Made by a program: the position numbers and the translations under genes. A stretch of 59,312 nt of DNA, counting the filler. It is 4 parts of 4 records of this genome, joined end to end, with 100 filler letters (N's around TTAATTAATTAA, not from the genome) between each part and the next. Parts side by side here need not be neighbours in the genome. Positions count along the whole stretch, not along the records: positions 16,394 to 47,152 come from SRR31156797_2815; 3 more parts are not named here. The stretch is one strand, 5' to 3'. A model generated the notes under the pieces. The model had not been told where the DNA came from. It saw only the letters and a program-made list of their open reading frames with translations, and ran no database searches. Each line of letters opens with the position of its first letter. Positions within the stretch are counted from its first letter, which is position 1. This document shows, piece by piece, positions 18,197 to 27,824 of the stretch.

Positions 18197-19276
18197 GTTA
18201 ATGTTTTGAGATAAAGATTGATCCCTAAAATAATAATGCAACTTAGTCTCTTCAATCATAATTGAATGCACAGGTTTCCCTGGAATATGAGGTGCAGCAA
18301 CACCATTTTCTAAATGCAAATTTCCTATAAAACGTCTCGCTTCATCCCATAAGCCCTCTTTCAGAAAAGCATTCAGCACAAAGGCCCCACCTTCAACAAT
18401 TATGGATTGGATATCTCTTTCATGAAGCACATCAAAAATCTGTTTAATGATAGATTCCTGTGGTGAAACCTGAATATACTCAGCCTGCCCTATTTTTTCC
18501 GACTTTTCATAATTAATTACTATCGTCGGTTGATCCGTATCTAGCAAATTATTCGGACTTTTCACACTTAAATCAGGGTCAATTAATACTCTGAGTGGAT
18601 CAGTACCATACCATTCCCTGATATTCAAATTCGGATTGTCAAGTAAAGCTGTACGCTGTCCCACAAGAATAGATTGTTCTTCTGCTCTCCACTTATGCAC
18701 AATATGTTTGCTTTGCGTGTTGGTTAACCAGGTCGGATTACTTTTACTGTTTATATTTCTAACTACGTCCAAAAATCCATCTTCACTTTCAGCCCATTTT
18801 AAAATGACCCAGGGACGCTTCTTGGTATGAAAAGTAAAGAATCGTCTATTTAAAAACCAACCCTCATCTTCCAGTAAACCATACTTTACTTTGCGATTAG
18901 CTTTTTGAAGGTTCTCAATGCCCTTCCCTGCCACTTTGGCATAGGGATCGACGTTTCCTATAATGATATTCGGAATTTTCTTTTCTATGATGAGTAGACT
19001 GCAAGGCGGTGTTTTTCCATAATGTGCGCAAGGTTCAAGATTTACATATAGGGTTGATTTTTCTAGCAAGGATTTGTCCTTAACCGATGCAATGGCATTT
19101 ACCTCAGCATGAGCTTCACCATATTGCCTGTGATAACCTTCTCCAATTATTTTGTCGTTGTATGTGATTACGCATCCAACTAGTGGATTTGGAGCAACTC
19201 GCCCCATTCCATTTTTGGCTAGCTGCAGACATCGGCGCATCATTTTCTCATCAAATTCTGTAAAAGTAAAGCTCAT
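18182..19276 (-). CDS. ribD: Riboflavin biosynthesis deaminase/reductase RibD
   Basis: PNPLVGC, HAEV, LEPCAHYGKTPPC, LKWAES, IIVEGG. Confidence 0.95.
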   Translation of the reverse strand: MSFTFTEFDEKMMRRCLQLAKNGMGRVAPNPLVGCVITYNDKIIGEGYHRQYGEAHAEVNAIASVKDKSLLEKSTLYVNLEPCAHYGKTPPCSLLIIEKKIPNIIIGNVDPYAKVAGKGIENLQKANRKVKYGLLEDEGWFLNRRFFTFHTKKRPWVILKWAESEDGFLDVVRNINSKSNPTWLTNTQSKHIVHKWRAEEQSILVGQRTALLDNPNLNIREWYGTDPLRVLIDPDLSVKSPNNLLDTDQPTIVINYEKSEKIGQAEYIQVSPQESIIKQIFDVLHERDIQSIIVEGGAFVLNAFLKEGLWDEARRFIGNLHLENGVAAPHIPGKPVHSIMIEETKLHYYFRDQSLSQNINKTTR

Positions 19277-19328
19277 AAAAGCGATCAAATAAATTATTTA
19301 TAGTTTTACAAAGTTAAAGCAATTTTTG

Positions 19329-20174
19329 ATGACCTACCGAGAATTATTTGAAAGCTTCAAGCATCAATTGACAGATAAATATGATTCCAGAGAAGTAGAA
19401 TCAATGTTTTTTCTGTCCTTAGAGTCAATTTCAGGCCTTAAACGTATGGATTTTATAATGCAGGAGAATTCTTCATTAAAAGATTTGGAGGGAAAACTTT
19501 TTGAAAAGCTTATTGAAAGTTTAAAGACATTCAAGCCTCTCCAATATGCCTTAGGTGAGGCATGGTTTAATGATCATCAATACTTTGTAAATGAAAATGT
19601 CCTTATTCCGCGTTCCGAAACTGAGGAATTGATAAAAATAGTTAAGACATTAAAACCAGAGCCTAAGTCCATAATAGATATTGGAACAGGTTCGGGCTGC
19701 ATTGCCATTGAATTGGCTTTATTATATGAATGTAATGTCTCTGCAATTGATATTTCAAAAGAGGCTTTAAAAGTGGCTCGTAAAAATGCAGAAAGTTTAA
19801 ATGCGAAAGTAAATTTTATTAATAAAGATATACTAAGACCAGACTTGCTAATAAATAAGAAGTTCGATGTAATTGCCAGCAATCCGCCATATGTAATGGA
19901 GTCTGAAAAAACTAAAATGAATGATAATGTATTAAAATATGAGCCATCGTTAGCATTATTTGTTGAGGATCGAGATCCATTGTTGTTTTACAAAGCAATT
20001 AGAGATTTTGCCCTTAAGTATTCAGCTGTAAATGGATTAATTGCACTAGAAATAAATGAACAATTGGGTCAGGAAACAGCTGAATTATTTGTGAAGCAAT
20101 TCACAAAAGTTGAAGTGCATAAGGATATTAACGGAAAGGATCGATTTGTAACAGCTTTTTATGAAGGAGAATAA
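19329..20174 (+). CDS. prmC: Release factor glutamine methyltransferase
   Basis: PLQY, VLIPRSETE, DIGTGSGCIA, SNPPY. Confidence 0.95.
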   Translation: MTYRELFESFKHQLTDKYDSREVESMFFLSLESISGLKRMDFIMQENSSLKDLEGKLFEKLIESLKTFKPLQYALGEAWFNDHQYFVNENVLIPRSETEELIKIVKTLKPEPKSIIDIGTGSGCIAIELALLYECNVSAIDISKEALKVARKNAESLNAKVNFINKDILRPDLLINKKFDVIASNPPYVMESEKTKMNDNVLKYEPSLALFVEDRDPLLFYKAIRDFALKYSAVNGLIALEINEQLGQETAELFVKQFTKVEVHKDINGKDRFVTAFYEGE

Positions 20175-20628
20175 ATTATTAAAACAATATTTATCCAAAG
20201 CCATGTTTTGGTGCAGTAAATCGGAAAAATCAACCGGTGATATGCTTCAAAAGTTAAGAGATTGGGATGTGCCCTTAAATCTTCAGGAACAGATTATCGA
20301 AAAATTAAAAGAAGATAAATTCATTGATGATGAGCGTTTTGCCATTGCCTTTGCGAATGATAAATTCAAATTTAATAAGTGGGGCAAAATGAAGATTCGT
20401 TACGAACTTCAAAATAAAATGGTTGAGGATGAATATATATCAAAAGCCTTAAGCCAAATTGGTAAAAATGAATATCAGGAGGTTGCATTAAAACTAATGA
20501 ATGATAAGATGAGGAAAACAAAAGAGCCTGATAACTATAAACTTAAACAAAAAGTTTTGCGATTTATGGCTTCACGTGGATTTGAAACTGGAATAGTGTT
20601 TGATTTATGGGAAGATATAGAAGGATAA
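20161..20628 (+). CDS. recX: Regulatory protein RecX
   Basis: FIDDERFA, KWGKMKI, RFMASRGF; follows prmC. Confidence 0.85.
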   Translation: MKENKLLKQYLSKAMFWCSKSEKSTGDMLQKLRDWDVPLNLQEQIIEKLKEDKFIDDERFAIAFANDKFKFNKWGKMKIRYELQNKMVEDEYISKALSQIGKNEYQEVALKLMNDKMRKTKEPDNYKLKQKVLRFMASRGFETGIVFDLWEDIEG

Positions 20629-20686
20629 TCAATACAGTTTTAAAGCTTGGATTGATATCGTTATATTTGTTAAAAATTAGAAAGAA

Positions 20687-21779
20687 ATGGTAATAAAAGA
20701 TCAATTAAAGGAAGTTGAGAAACGCCTGGATGCGTTGAGGAGGCATCTTTGACATCGATAAACTAAGAATCGAGATTGAGGAAGAAGAAGCAAAAACTCA
20801 AGATGAGAATTTTTGGGATGATCCCAAAGCAGCCGAAAAGCAATTGAAGAAAGTGACACAATTGAAAAATTGGGTGAAAGAATATGATAATGCAGCTGCA
20901 AAATATGAGGATATAATTGTTTTAATTGAATTCTTTGAGAGCGGTGAAGGAGACGAAAAGGAAATTGAAACTCAATATGAGCATCTTATTGAGGATATTG
21001 AAGCCGTAGAATTTCGCAATATGCTTCGTAAAGAAGAAGATGCTCTGGGTGCTATACTGAAAATAAATGCCGGTGCAGGAGGTACAGAAAGTAATGATTG
21101 GTCGCAAATGTTGATGCGAATGTATATCATGTGGGGAGAAAAAAACGGCTACAAGGTAAAAGAATTATCCATTTTACCTGGTGATGAGGCTGGGGTGAAA
21201 TCAGTTACACTCCAATTTGACGGTGATTTTGCCTATGGTTATTTAAAATCAGAGTCGGGAGTGCATCGTTTAGTTAGGTTATCCCCTTTCAATGCCCAAC
21301 ATAAAAGACAAACATCATTTGCATCTGTTTTTGTATCTCCGGTAATTGACGATACCATTGAAATTGAAATTAACCCGGCAGATATTAGCTGGGATACATT
21401 CCGATCTAGTGGAGCAGGTGGCCAAAATGTAAACAAAGTTGAAACAGGTGTGAGGTTGAGACATGAACCCACCGGGATAATCATTGAAAATACTGAAAGC
21501 CGCTCTCAACATGGAAATAGAGAAAATGCATTGAGGCTTTTAAAATCGCAGTTGTATGAGATGGAGTTGCAAAAACGCCGCGAAGAACAGGCTAAAGTGG
21601 AAGGTCAAAAGATGAAAATAGAATGGGGTTCACAGATTAGGAATTATGTGCTCCACCCTTATAAAATGGTTAAAGATGTGCGCACAAATGTGGAAACATC
21701 CCATGTGAATAATGTGCTCGATGGTGATATAAATTTATTTATTAAGGCCTATTTAATGGAATTTGGAGCAGTTCTATAA
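20687..21779 (+). CDS. prfB: Peptide chain release factor 2, translated through a +1 programmed frameshift
   Basis: ATG 20687, 21 codons, then CTT TGA C at 20747-20753 with AGGAGG at 20738-20743; the +1 frame from 20751 joins the 20844 ORF; SPF and GGQ motifs present. Confidence 0.97.
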
Positions 21780-21824
21780 AAATCGAAATGGATAGGTGAA
21801 AAAAAATATTAAATTTGTAGCTGT

Positions 21825-22265
21825 ATGATACAAAAAATCATAATCGCAATAATTTTAAGTACACTGTTTTTCAGCTTTGAAACACATGCTCAGTGCGGGA
21901 ATGAGTTGAAAAGAGAGGCCTACGCAAAAATTAAAGGAGGGACTTACCTTAAAGATTTTCGTGTGCGTTTTGAAGAATCATCTAAGAAAAATCCCGATAG
22001 CGAAGAGTTTACAATAATGCTATATAAAGGTGTGCGCTATAGGTTTGTGCTGAAAAATGATAAAACCAAAGAAGGTGAAGCGATTATTAAATTGTATGAC
22101 GATTTTAAAATCTATGCTTCATCTTATGATGCTGCTTCAGCAACACACCATAATATTTTTGAATTCTTTTGTCAAAAAACACAGGCATATTATGTTTCAG
22201 GCCATTTTTTAGATGGGAAAAAAGGCTGTGCAATTATTATGCTTGGTAATATGGGTAAATACTAA
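21825..22265 (+). CDS. Secreted hypothetical protein
   Basis: Signal peptide (THA|QC), three Cys; Bacteroidota-type -7 element TAAATTTG at 21810-21817. Confidence 0.7.
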   Translation: MIQKIIIAIILSTLFFSFETHAQCGNELKREAYAKIKGGTYLKDFRVRFEESSKKNPDSEEFTIMLYKGVRYRFVLKNDKTKEGEAIIKLYDDFKIYASSYDAASATHHNIFEFFCQKTQAYYVSGHFLDGKKGCAIIMLGNMGKY

Positions 22266-22275
22266 AATAATTATC

Positions 22276-22617
22276 ATGGTTACTATTTATCATAATCCAC
22301 GCTGTAAAAAAAGCAGGGCTGGTTTAGCTTATCTTGAATCCAAAACCTCCGATTTTGAGATCGTGAAATACCTGGATGAAAATTTTACAATTGAATCTTT
22401 CAAAGAAGTAATATCTAAAACTGGGAAATCTCCCGAACAATTGCTACGTAAGCAAGAAGATTATTATCGTAAAAATTTGAAAGGAAAGGATCTTACAGAT
22501 GATGAGCTGATAAAAGAAATGGTGAATAATCCAAAACTCATTGCTCGTCCAATTGTTGTGAAAGATGATAAAGCCGTATTGGCTGAACCACCAGAAGAAC
22601 TTGATAAAATTTTATAA
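22276..22617 (+). CDS. ArsC/Spx-family arsenate-reductase-like protein
   Basis: IYHNPRCKKSR and NPKLIARPIV. Confidence 0.85.
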   Translation: MVTIYHNPRCKKSRAGLAYLESKTSDFEIVKYLDENFTIESFKEVISKTGKSPEQLLRKQEDYYRKNLKGKDLTDDELIKEMVNNPKLIARPIVVKDDKAVLAEPPEELDKIL

Positions 22618-22618
22618 A

Positions 22619-23398
22619 GTGGAAACAACAATCATAGCCTATAAAGAAGCACAAAAAGGAATAATTCAGCTAAACCGTGTGGCTGAAAAGAACACTTTTA
22701 ATAAAGAATTTGCAATTGCATTGAATGAGCAATTACTAAAATTCGATCAGGATAAAGAAGTACGTGTTGTAATAATTGAAGGAGAAGGAAAACATTTTAG
22801 CACAGGTATTGGACTGGAAAATTTTGAAACTTCTGATGCTTATGAGATGAAAGAGCTTTTAAAGCTAATGGATATGCATAATCATACCATTGCAAATATG
22901 AAAAAGCCTGTTATTTCATCGGTTAAAGGTTATGGTATAGCTAACGGCTCAGGATTAGCTTTTGCCTCTGACCTTGTTGTAGCTGCGGCTGATGCGGTGT
23001 TTGGAACTACAGCCATTCGTGTGGGTTTAGCATGTTTAGGTCCGGCAATTCCTTTGTCTCGTCATGTGGGTCGTAAAAAGCTGATGCAGATGCTGATGAC
23101 AGGTAGTTTTGTTTCAGCCGTAGAAGCATATGAATTAGGTTTAATCAATTGGGTTGTTGATCCAGCTGATCTAAGGAAAAAGACATTTGAGATTGCTGAT
23201 GAATTAATTGAGAAAAATCCGCATGCTTTATCTGCAATTAAGGATGTTGTTTACCGAGCCACAGAATTACCATATCATCAGGCCCTAGATTTGGCTACTG
23301 ATATTTTCACCAATCTTTCTGTACATAAAAATGCAAAACATGGCGTTGAAGCCTTCTCTAAAAAAGAGAAACCTGATTGGCCAGAAAAGAATGTATAA
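22619..23398 (+). CDS. Enoyl-CoA hydratase/isomerase (crotonase) family protein
   Basis: LNR...KNT, HFSTG, KPVISSVKG, EAYELGLIN, AFSKKEKP; GTG 22619 preferred. Confidence 0.88.
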   Translation: METTIIAYKEAQKGIIQLNRVAEKNTFNKEFAIALNEQLLKFDQDKEVRVVIIEGEGKHFSTGIGLENFETSDAYEMKELLKLMDMHNHTIANMKKPVISSVKGYGIANGSGLAFASDLVVAAADAVFGTTAIRVGLACLGPAIPLSRHVGRKKLMQMLMTGSFVSAVEAYELGLINWVVDPADLRKKTFEIADELIEKNPHALSAIKDVVYRATELPYHQALDLATDIFTNLSVHKNAKHGVEAFSKKEKPDWPEKNV

Positions 23399-23845
23399 AT
23401 GTTCAGATTATTAGTCATATTTTTATCAATTACTATGCTGGTTTCTTGCGAAGACAGTGATAGTTTGTTTGGTCCACCTTCAGATGTAAAAGATAATATT
23501 TTCGATCATATCAATCATTATCGATTGTTAAATGGCATAAGTGTTTTAGAAGAAAACAGCGAGCTAAATCAATTGGCTATTGAGCATGCGCAGTATATGA
23601 GTCAGAATAACGTTATAAATCACGATGGACAATCTACTCGTTATACATATGCTGTTGAAGAACTTTCTATGTCCAGATATGCTGAGTTAGTGGAAGGTGG
23701 GGACCTATATGGCCGAGATTTAATTGAAAAATGGTCTGGTAATGATGATGCTCTATCTATTTTACTTGGAGATTTTACCTACATTGGTTTAGGTGTATAT
23801 GGTGATGATGATCAAAAGTATGCTGCCATAATTTTCACAAAGTAG
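23399..23845 (+). CDS. CAP/SCP-domain lipoprotein
   Basis: Lipobox LVSC; INHYR, LAIEHAQYM, INHDG, IGLG. Confidence 0.75.
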   Translation: MFRLLVIFLSITMLVSCEDSDSLFGPPSDVKDNIFDHINHYRLLNGISVLEENSELNQLAIEHAQYMSQNNVINHDGQSTRYTYAVEELSMSRYAELVEGGDLYGRDLIEKWSGNDDALSILLGDFTYIGLGVYGDDDQKYAAIIFTK

Positions 23846-23902
23846 ACCATAAAAGTCAAAGTTTTTTTCGAACTTTACCTATAATAATCAAAACATATCA
23901 TT

Positions 23903-25294
23903 ATGAGTTATCGTATTGAAAAAGACACGCTTGGAGAAGTTCAGGTGCCTGCTGATAAGTATTGGGGTGCACAAACAGAACGTTCCAGGAATAATTTTCC
24001 CATTGGAGATCCCGCTTCAATGCCTATTGAAATTATAGAAGCTTTCGGGTATCTGAAGAAAGCAGCTGCCATAACAAATCATAAGCTTGGTGTGCTCGAT
24101 GAGGCTAAGAAGAATGCCATCTGTGAGGTGTGTGATGAAATAATTGATCATCAATTGGATGACCAATTTCCGCTGGTTACCTGGCAAACCGGTTCAGGAA
24201 CACAGAGCAACATGAATGTGAATGAGGTTGTAGCCAACCGGGCTCATGTTATTGCTGGTAATAAGCTTGGGGAGGGCACCAAAGCTATTCATCCTAACGA
24301 CGATGTGAATAAATCACAATCATCAAATGACACTTTCCCTACAGCAATGCATATTGCTGCATATAAAATATTGGTTGAAAATACAATTCCGTCTATCGAA
24401 AAAATGCGTAATGCATTAGCTTCAAAAGCTGAGGAGATGGATGATGTAGTGAAAATTGGTCGCACACACTGGATGGATGCAACGCCTCTAACACTCGGTC
24501 AGGAGTTTTCAGGCTATGTATCACAACTTGATCATGGTCTTAATGCGGTAAACAACTCATTAAGTCATTTGAGCGAATTAGCTTTAGGTGGAACAGCTGT
24601 TGGAACTGGCTTAAATACACCAAATGGATATGATGTTGAAGTGGCAAAAACAATAGCAGAATTAACAGGCTTTGATTTTGTCACTGCGGATAATAAATTT
24701 GAATCGCTGGCAGCTCATGATGCTATTGTTGAAGCTCATGGCGCTTTAAAAATGTTGGCTGTGAGTATTATGAAAATAGCCAATGATATTCGAATGTTGG
24801 CATCAGGACCACGCTCCGGTATTGGGGAAATTATTATTCCTGCTAACGAGCCAGGTTCTTCTATTATGCCGGGAAAAGTAAACCCCACGCAAGTTGAAGC
24901 CATCACAATGGTAGCAGCTCAGGTGATGGGTAATGATGTAGCAATCAGTATAGGCGGATCAAATGGTCATTTTGAACTAAATGTATTCAAACCTATGATG
25001 ATTGCAAACTTCATGCAGTCCGCACGTTTACTTGGCGATGCAGCTGTTGCATTTACTGATAATTTAGTCGTAGGCATAGCGCCAAATCATGATCGTATTA
25101 AAGAGTTACTTGATAAATCACTTATGTTAGTTACAGCACTTAATACAAAAATTGGTTACGAAAAAGCGGCAAAAATTGCAAAAACAGCATATGCTGAAGG
25201 TGCTACCTTGAAAGAAACTGCTGTTAAATTGGGTTATTTGACAGCGGAAGAGTTTGATGAGTGGGTAGTTCCTTCAAAAATGACAGGAAAGTAG
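23903..25294 (+). CDS. fumC: Fumarate hydratase class II
   Basis: [27 protein letters not shown]. Confidence 0.97.
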   Translation: MSYRIEKDTLGEVQVPADKYWGAQTERSRNNFPIGDPASMPIEIIEAFGYLKKAAAITNHKLGVLDEAKKNAICEVCDEIIDHQLDDQFPLVTWQTGSGTQSNMNVNEVVANRAHVIAGNKLGEGTKAIHPNDDVNKSQSSNDTFPTAMHIAAYKILVENTIPSIEKMRNALASKAEEMDDVVKIGRTHWMDATPLTLGQEFSGYVSQLDHGLNAVNNSLSHLSELALGGTAVGTGLNTPNGYDVEVAKTIAELTGFDFVTADNKFESLAAHDAIVEAHGALKMLAVSIMKIANDIRMLASGPRSGIGEIIIPANEPGSSIMPGKVNPTQVEAITMVAAQVMGNDVAISIGGSNGHFELNVFKPMMIANFMQSARLLGDAAVAFTDNLVVGIAPNHDRIKELLDKSLMLVTALNTKIGYEKAAKIAKTAYAEGATLKETAVKLGYLTAEEFDEWVVPSKMTGK

Positions 25295-25314
25295 AAAGAG
25301 TTTATTATAAAAAT

Positions 25315-25343
25315 AAAGGTTGCCCGATGAAGGCAACCTTTTT
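25315..25343. terminator. Bidirectional terminator between fumC and the TonB receptor
   Basis: AAAGGTTGCC-N7-GGCAACCTTT. Confidence 0.85.
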
Positions 25344-25361
25344 CATCTATTCCTTATTTGG

Positions 25362-27734
25362 CTAGAAACTAATATTTATCCCTCCAAGTATTGAAGCACC
25401 AATTCTGTCTGCAAATGCATATTGTCGTTTATTATCTCCAATTAAATTTCGGCCAGTTACAAATACTTTCATATTTTCCATGAATTCGTAATTCACAGTT
25501 GCATTTAATGCAATATTTGGTTCAACTTCAGCTGTGTTTGTACCTCCAATAATGTCAACTACACCATCACCATCGGAATCAATATTTACTGTTCCGCTAT
25601 TAATAGTGAGCGTTTGATGGCTGTAGAAATAACTATTTAAGTTAATATTTAGCTTTTTAATAGGTTTGTAATTCATATTAATTCCTCCAACAAATGCAGG
25701 TGTTGCCATATGATAATAATCAAAAGTCTTTTCGCCGTCTCCGTCAATATCTATCGCATCTCCATTTTGATCAATTGCCTCAGGATAATCTTTGATTTTT
25801 GTTTGCTGAACCATCACAAAAATTTGAAAGCTCATTTTTTTAAATGGGACGGATGTTAATCCCATCATAGCACCTGTTTGTTGAGGTTTTGCATCAATAT
25901 TTACATATGATAAGTTTTGACGGTTTACAGCAATAGGTTGCCCAAATGCATCAATTTCAGGGTTTTCAAATTCAAATGATACCTGATTTAAAGTAATAAG
26001 GCTGCTTAATTGTGACCAGAAAAGCTCAATGTCTAATGTAAAAGTTTCTGAAATTCTATGTCTAAATCCTATTTCTACATCATCAACTGTCAGTAAATCA
26101 TAATTTCCTTTTTCCGCCCCGGCTATTTCATTACGCTTTTCAGTACCACGATATCTAATGGCATTATAAAGTGGAGTGATGCCATCTGAAGCTAAACCCC
26201 CTGTTGGATATTGCACGTCAATATCAAAGAATAAATCGAAAATAAAAGGAGTACGAGATGATCGTCCGTAGGAACCTCTGATTAGAAAATCTTCACTCGC
26301 TTTATATGTCATTGAAATAAGAGGATTAACAGCTATTTCGTCTGGATATTTATATTTGTCAATTCTAGCTGCTCCAATTGCTCTGAATTTGTCATAATGA
26401 AAATCAGCTTGTAAGTGTGCTCCAAATACAGAGTTTTCAATGTCTGCGTCATCTTTAACATATTCATAACCATCAGTAAAGAAGGTTAATGGATTAATTG
26501 TTTGAGTTTCACTTCCGAGTCCTGCACTATAGTAACTTGAAAGCTTATAAGAAACTCCTGGCTTAATGCTTATATTATCACTTAATTTATAGTCATATTC
26601 TGCACCTAGTGAAAGTATGTTAGATTCAACAGAAAGAAGTTCACCACTTCCAATAATGCTGTTGTTTCCAACTGAGTAGTCACTAGTAATACTTAAACCC
26701 TTGTAGCTACCCCAAAAATGCGCGAAGAAATTATTTAGCGAATCTGTTGTCAGAGCTGCAATATTATTACTTGCGTATATTCTTTGAACTTTAGCATAAG
26801 AATAACCACTCATTAAATTAAGCTTTAAATCTTCTTTGTCATATTTAATATGGCCATAGCCACCAAAGCGTTCTGTTGATAAGCTTTCATCTGGATAACG
26901 GTCAAGGAGGTTTAGATTAGGAATAGGCTGAAAAGTACCATCTAGTCCTAAGTAAGGCTGATCAGCACCTAAAACAGGTAGGCCAAGGATATTTGTTGTT
27001 GTTAGCGGATTTAATTCTTTTACAAATGCATCTTTGCTGTAAACGAAATAGTCAATATTATGGCGATCTCTATAATCAGCATTGGCACTTACCCTAACGC
27101 CTAAACCATTATCGAAATCGTATGTAGCTGATGTGCTTGTCATGAGTGTGCTTGGATATCCGCCCATGGTATAAGTGCTAGCATGGAATCTTGGTTTATC
27201 AACCGGTGATTTTGTCAAAATGTTGATTACTCCGGTTACAGCATTTGGACCGTACATAGCAGAAACGGGTCCTCTCACAACTTCAATTTGTTGAACATCA
27301 TCAATATTAATCTGTAATAGCTCCCAATAGGTTTGACCCTGAAATTCACTATATACCGTTCGGTTATTTACCATAATTAAGGTCATTGTGTTTGATGTAA
27401 GATTGATTAATCCTTTTGGGTCAATTGCATCATATCCCCGTAAATGAATGTCGTAATTTCCGGGAGTTGTTTCACGCACTATTACGCCTGGAACTAATCG
27501 TAAGGCCTCCATAATAGAAGTTGCCCCAGATTCTTTAATCTGTTCTCCGGTTAAAACGGAAGCGCCTAAAGGTGCGTCAAAAATATCCTCAGCTTTTTTG
27601 GAGGCCGACACAATTTCAATTTGCATCAAAGATTCTAGATCCATTTCGTACAAGTCATCTTCTTGTGCTTGTAAATTCAATAGAAAAGCTAACAATAAGG
27701 ATGTTAGTCCGATGGTTTTGATCAGATTTTTCAT
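25362..27734 (-). CDS. TonB-dependent outer-membrane receptor
   Basis: Plug motifs VSASKK, EALRLVPG, IEVVRGPVSAMYG, GVINI; GRNL near the C-terminus; terminal Phe. Confidence 0.9.
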   Translation of the reverse strand: MKNLIKTIGLTSLLLAFLLNLQAQEDDLYEMDLESLMQIEIVSASKKAEDIFDAPLGASVLTGEQIKESGATSIMEALRLVPGVIVRETTPGNYDIHLRGYDAIDPKGLINLTSNTMTLIMVNNRTVYSEFQGQTYWELLQINIDDVQQIEVVRGPVSAMYGPNAVTGVINILTKSPVDKPRFHASTYTMGGYPSTLMTSTSATYDFDNGLGVRVSANADYRDRHNIDYFVYSKDAFVKELNPLTTTNILGLPVLGADQPYLGLDGTFQPIPNLNLLDRYPDESLSTERFGGYGHIKYDKEDLKLNLMSGYSYAKVQRIYASNNIAALTTDSLNNFFAHFWGSYKGLSITSDYSVGNNSIIGSGELLSVESNILSLGAEYDYKLSDNISIKPGVSYKLSSYYSAGLGSETQTINPLTFFTDGYEYVKDDADIENSVFGAHLQADFHYDKFRAIGAARIDKYKYPDEIAVNPLISMTYKASEDFLIRGSYGRSSRTPFIFDLFFDIDVQYPTGGLASDGITPLYNAIRYRGTEKRNEIAGAEKGNYDLLTVDDVEIGFRHRISETFTLDIELFWSQLSSLITLNQVSFEFENPEIDAFGQPIAVNRQNLSYVNIDAKPQQTGAMMGLTSVPFKKMSFQIFVMVQQTKIKDYPEAIDQNGDAIDIDGDGEKTFDYYHMATPAFVGGINMNYKPIKKLNINLNSYFYSHQTLTINSGTVNIDSDGDGVVDIIGGTNTAEVEPNIALNATVNYEFMENMKVFVTGRNLIGDNKRQYAFADRIGASILGGINISF

Positions 27735-27824
27735 ATTAGTCGGTTTAGTTTAAGTTTTCATACGGATGAAAATAAGTAGTTGTTACTATTTTCGAAAGAA
27801 AACTATAGTTATTAGTGTAAGTTA

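Noticed and set aside
20750-20752. Early TGA in prfB as a pseudogene or selenocysteine codon
   Set aside because: Canonical RF2 frameshift context.
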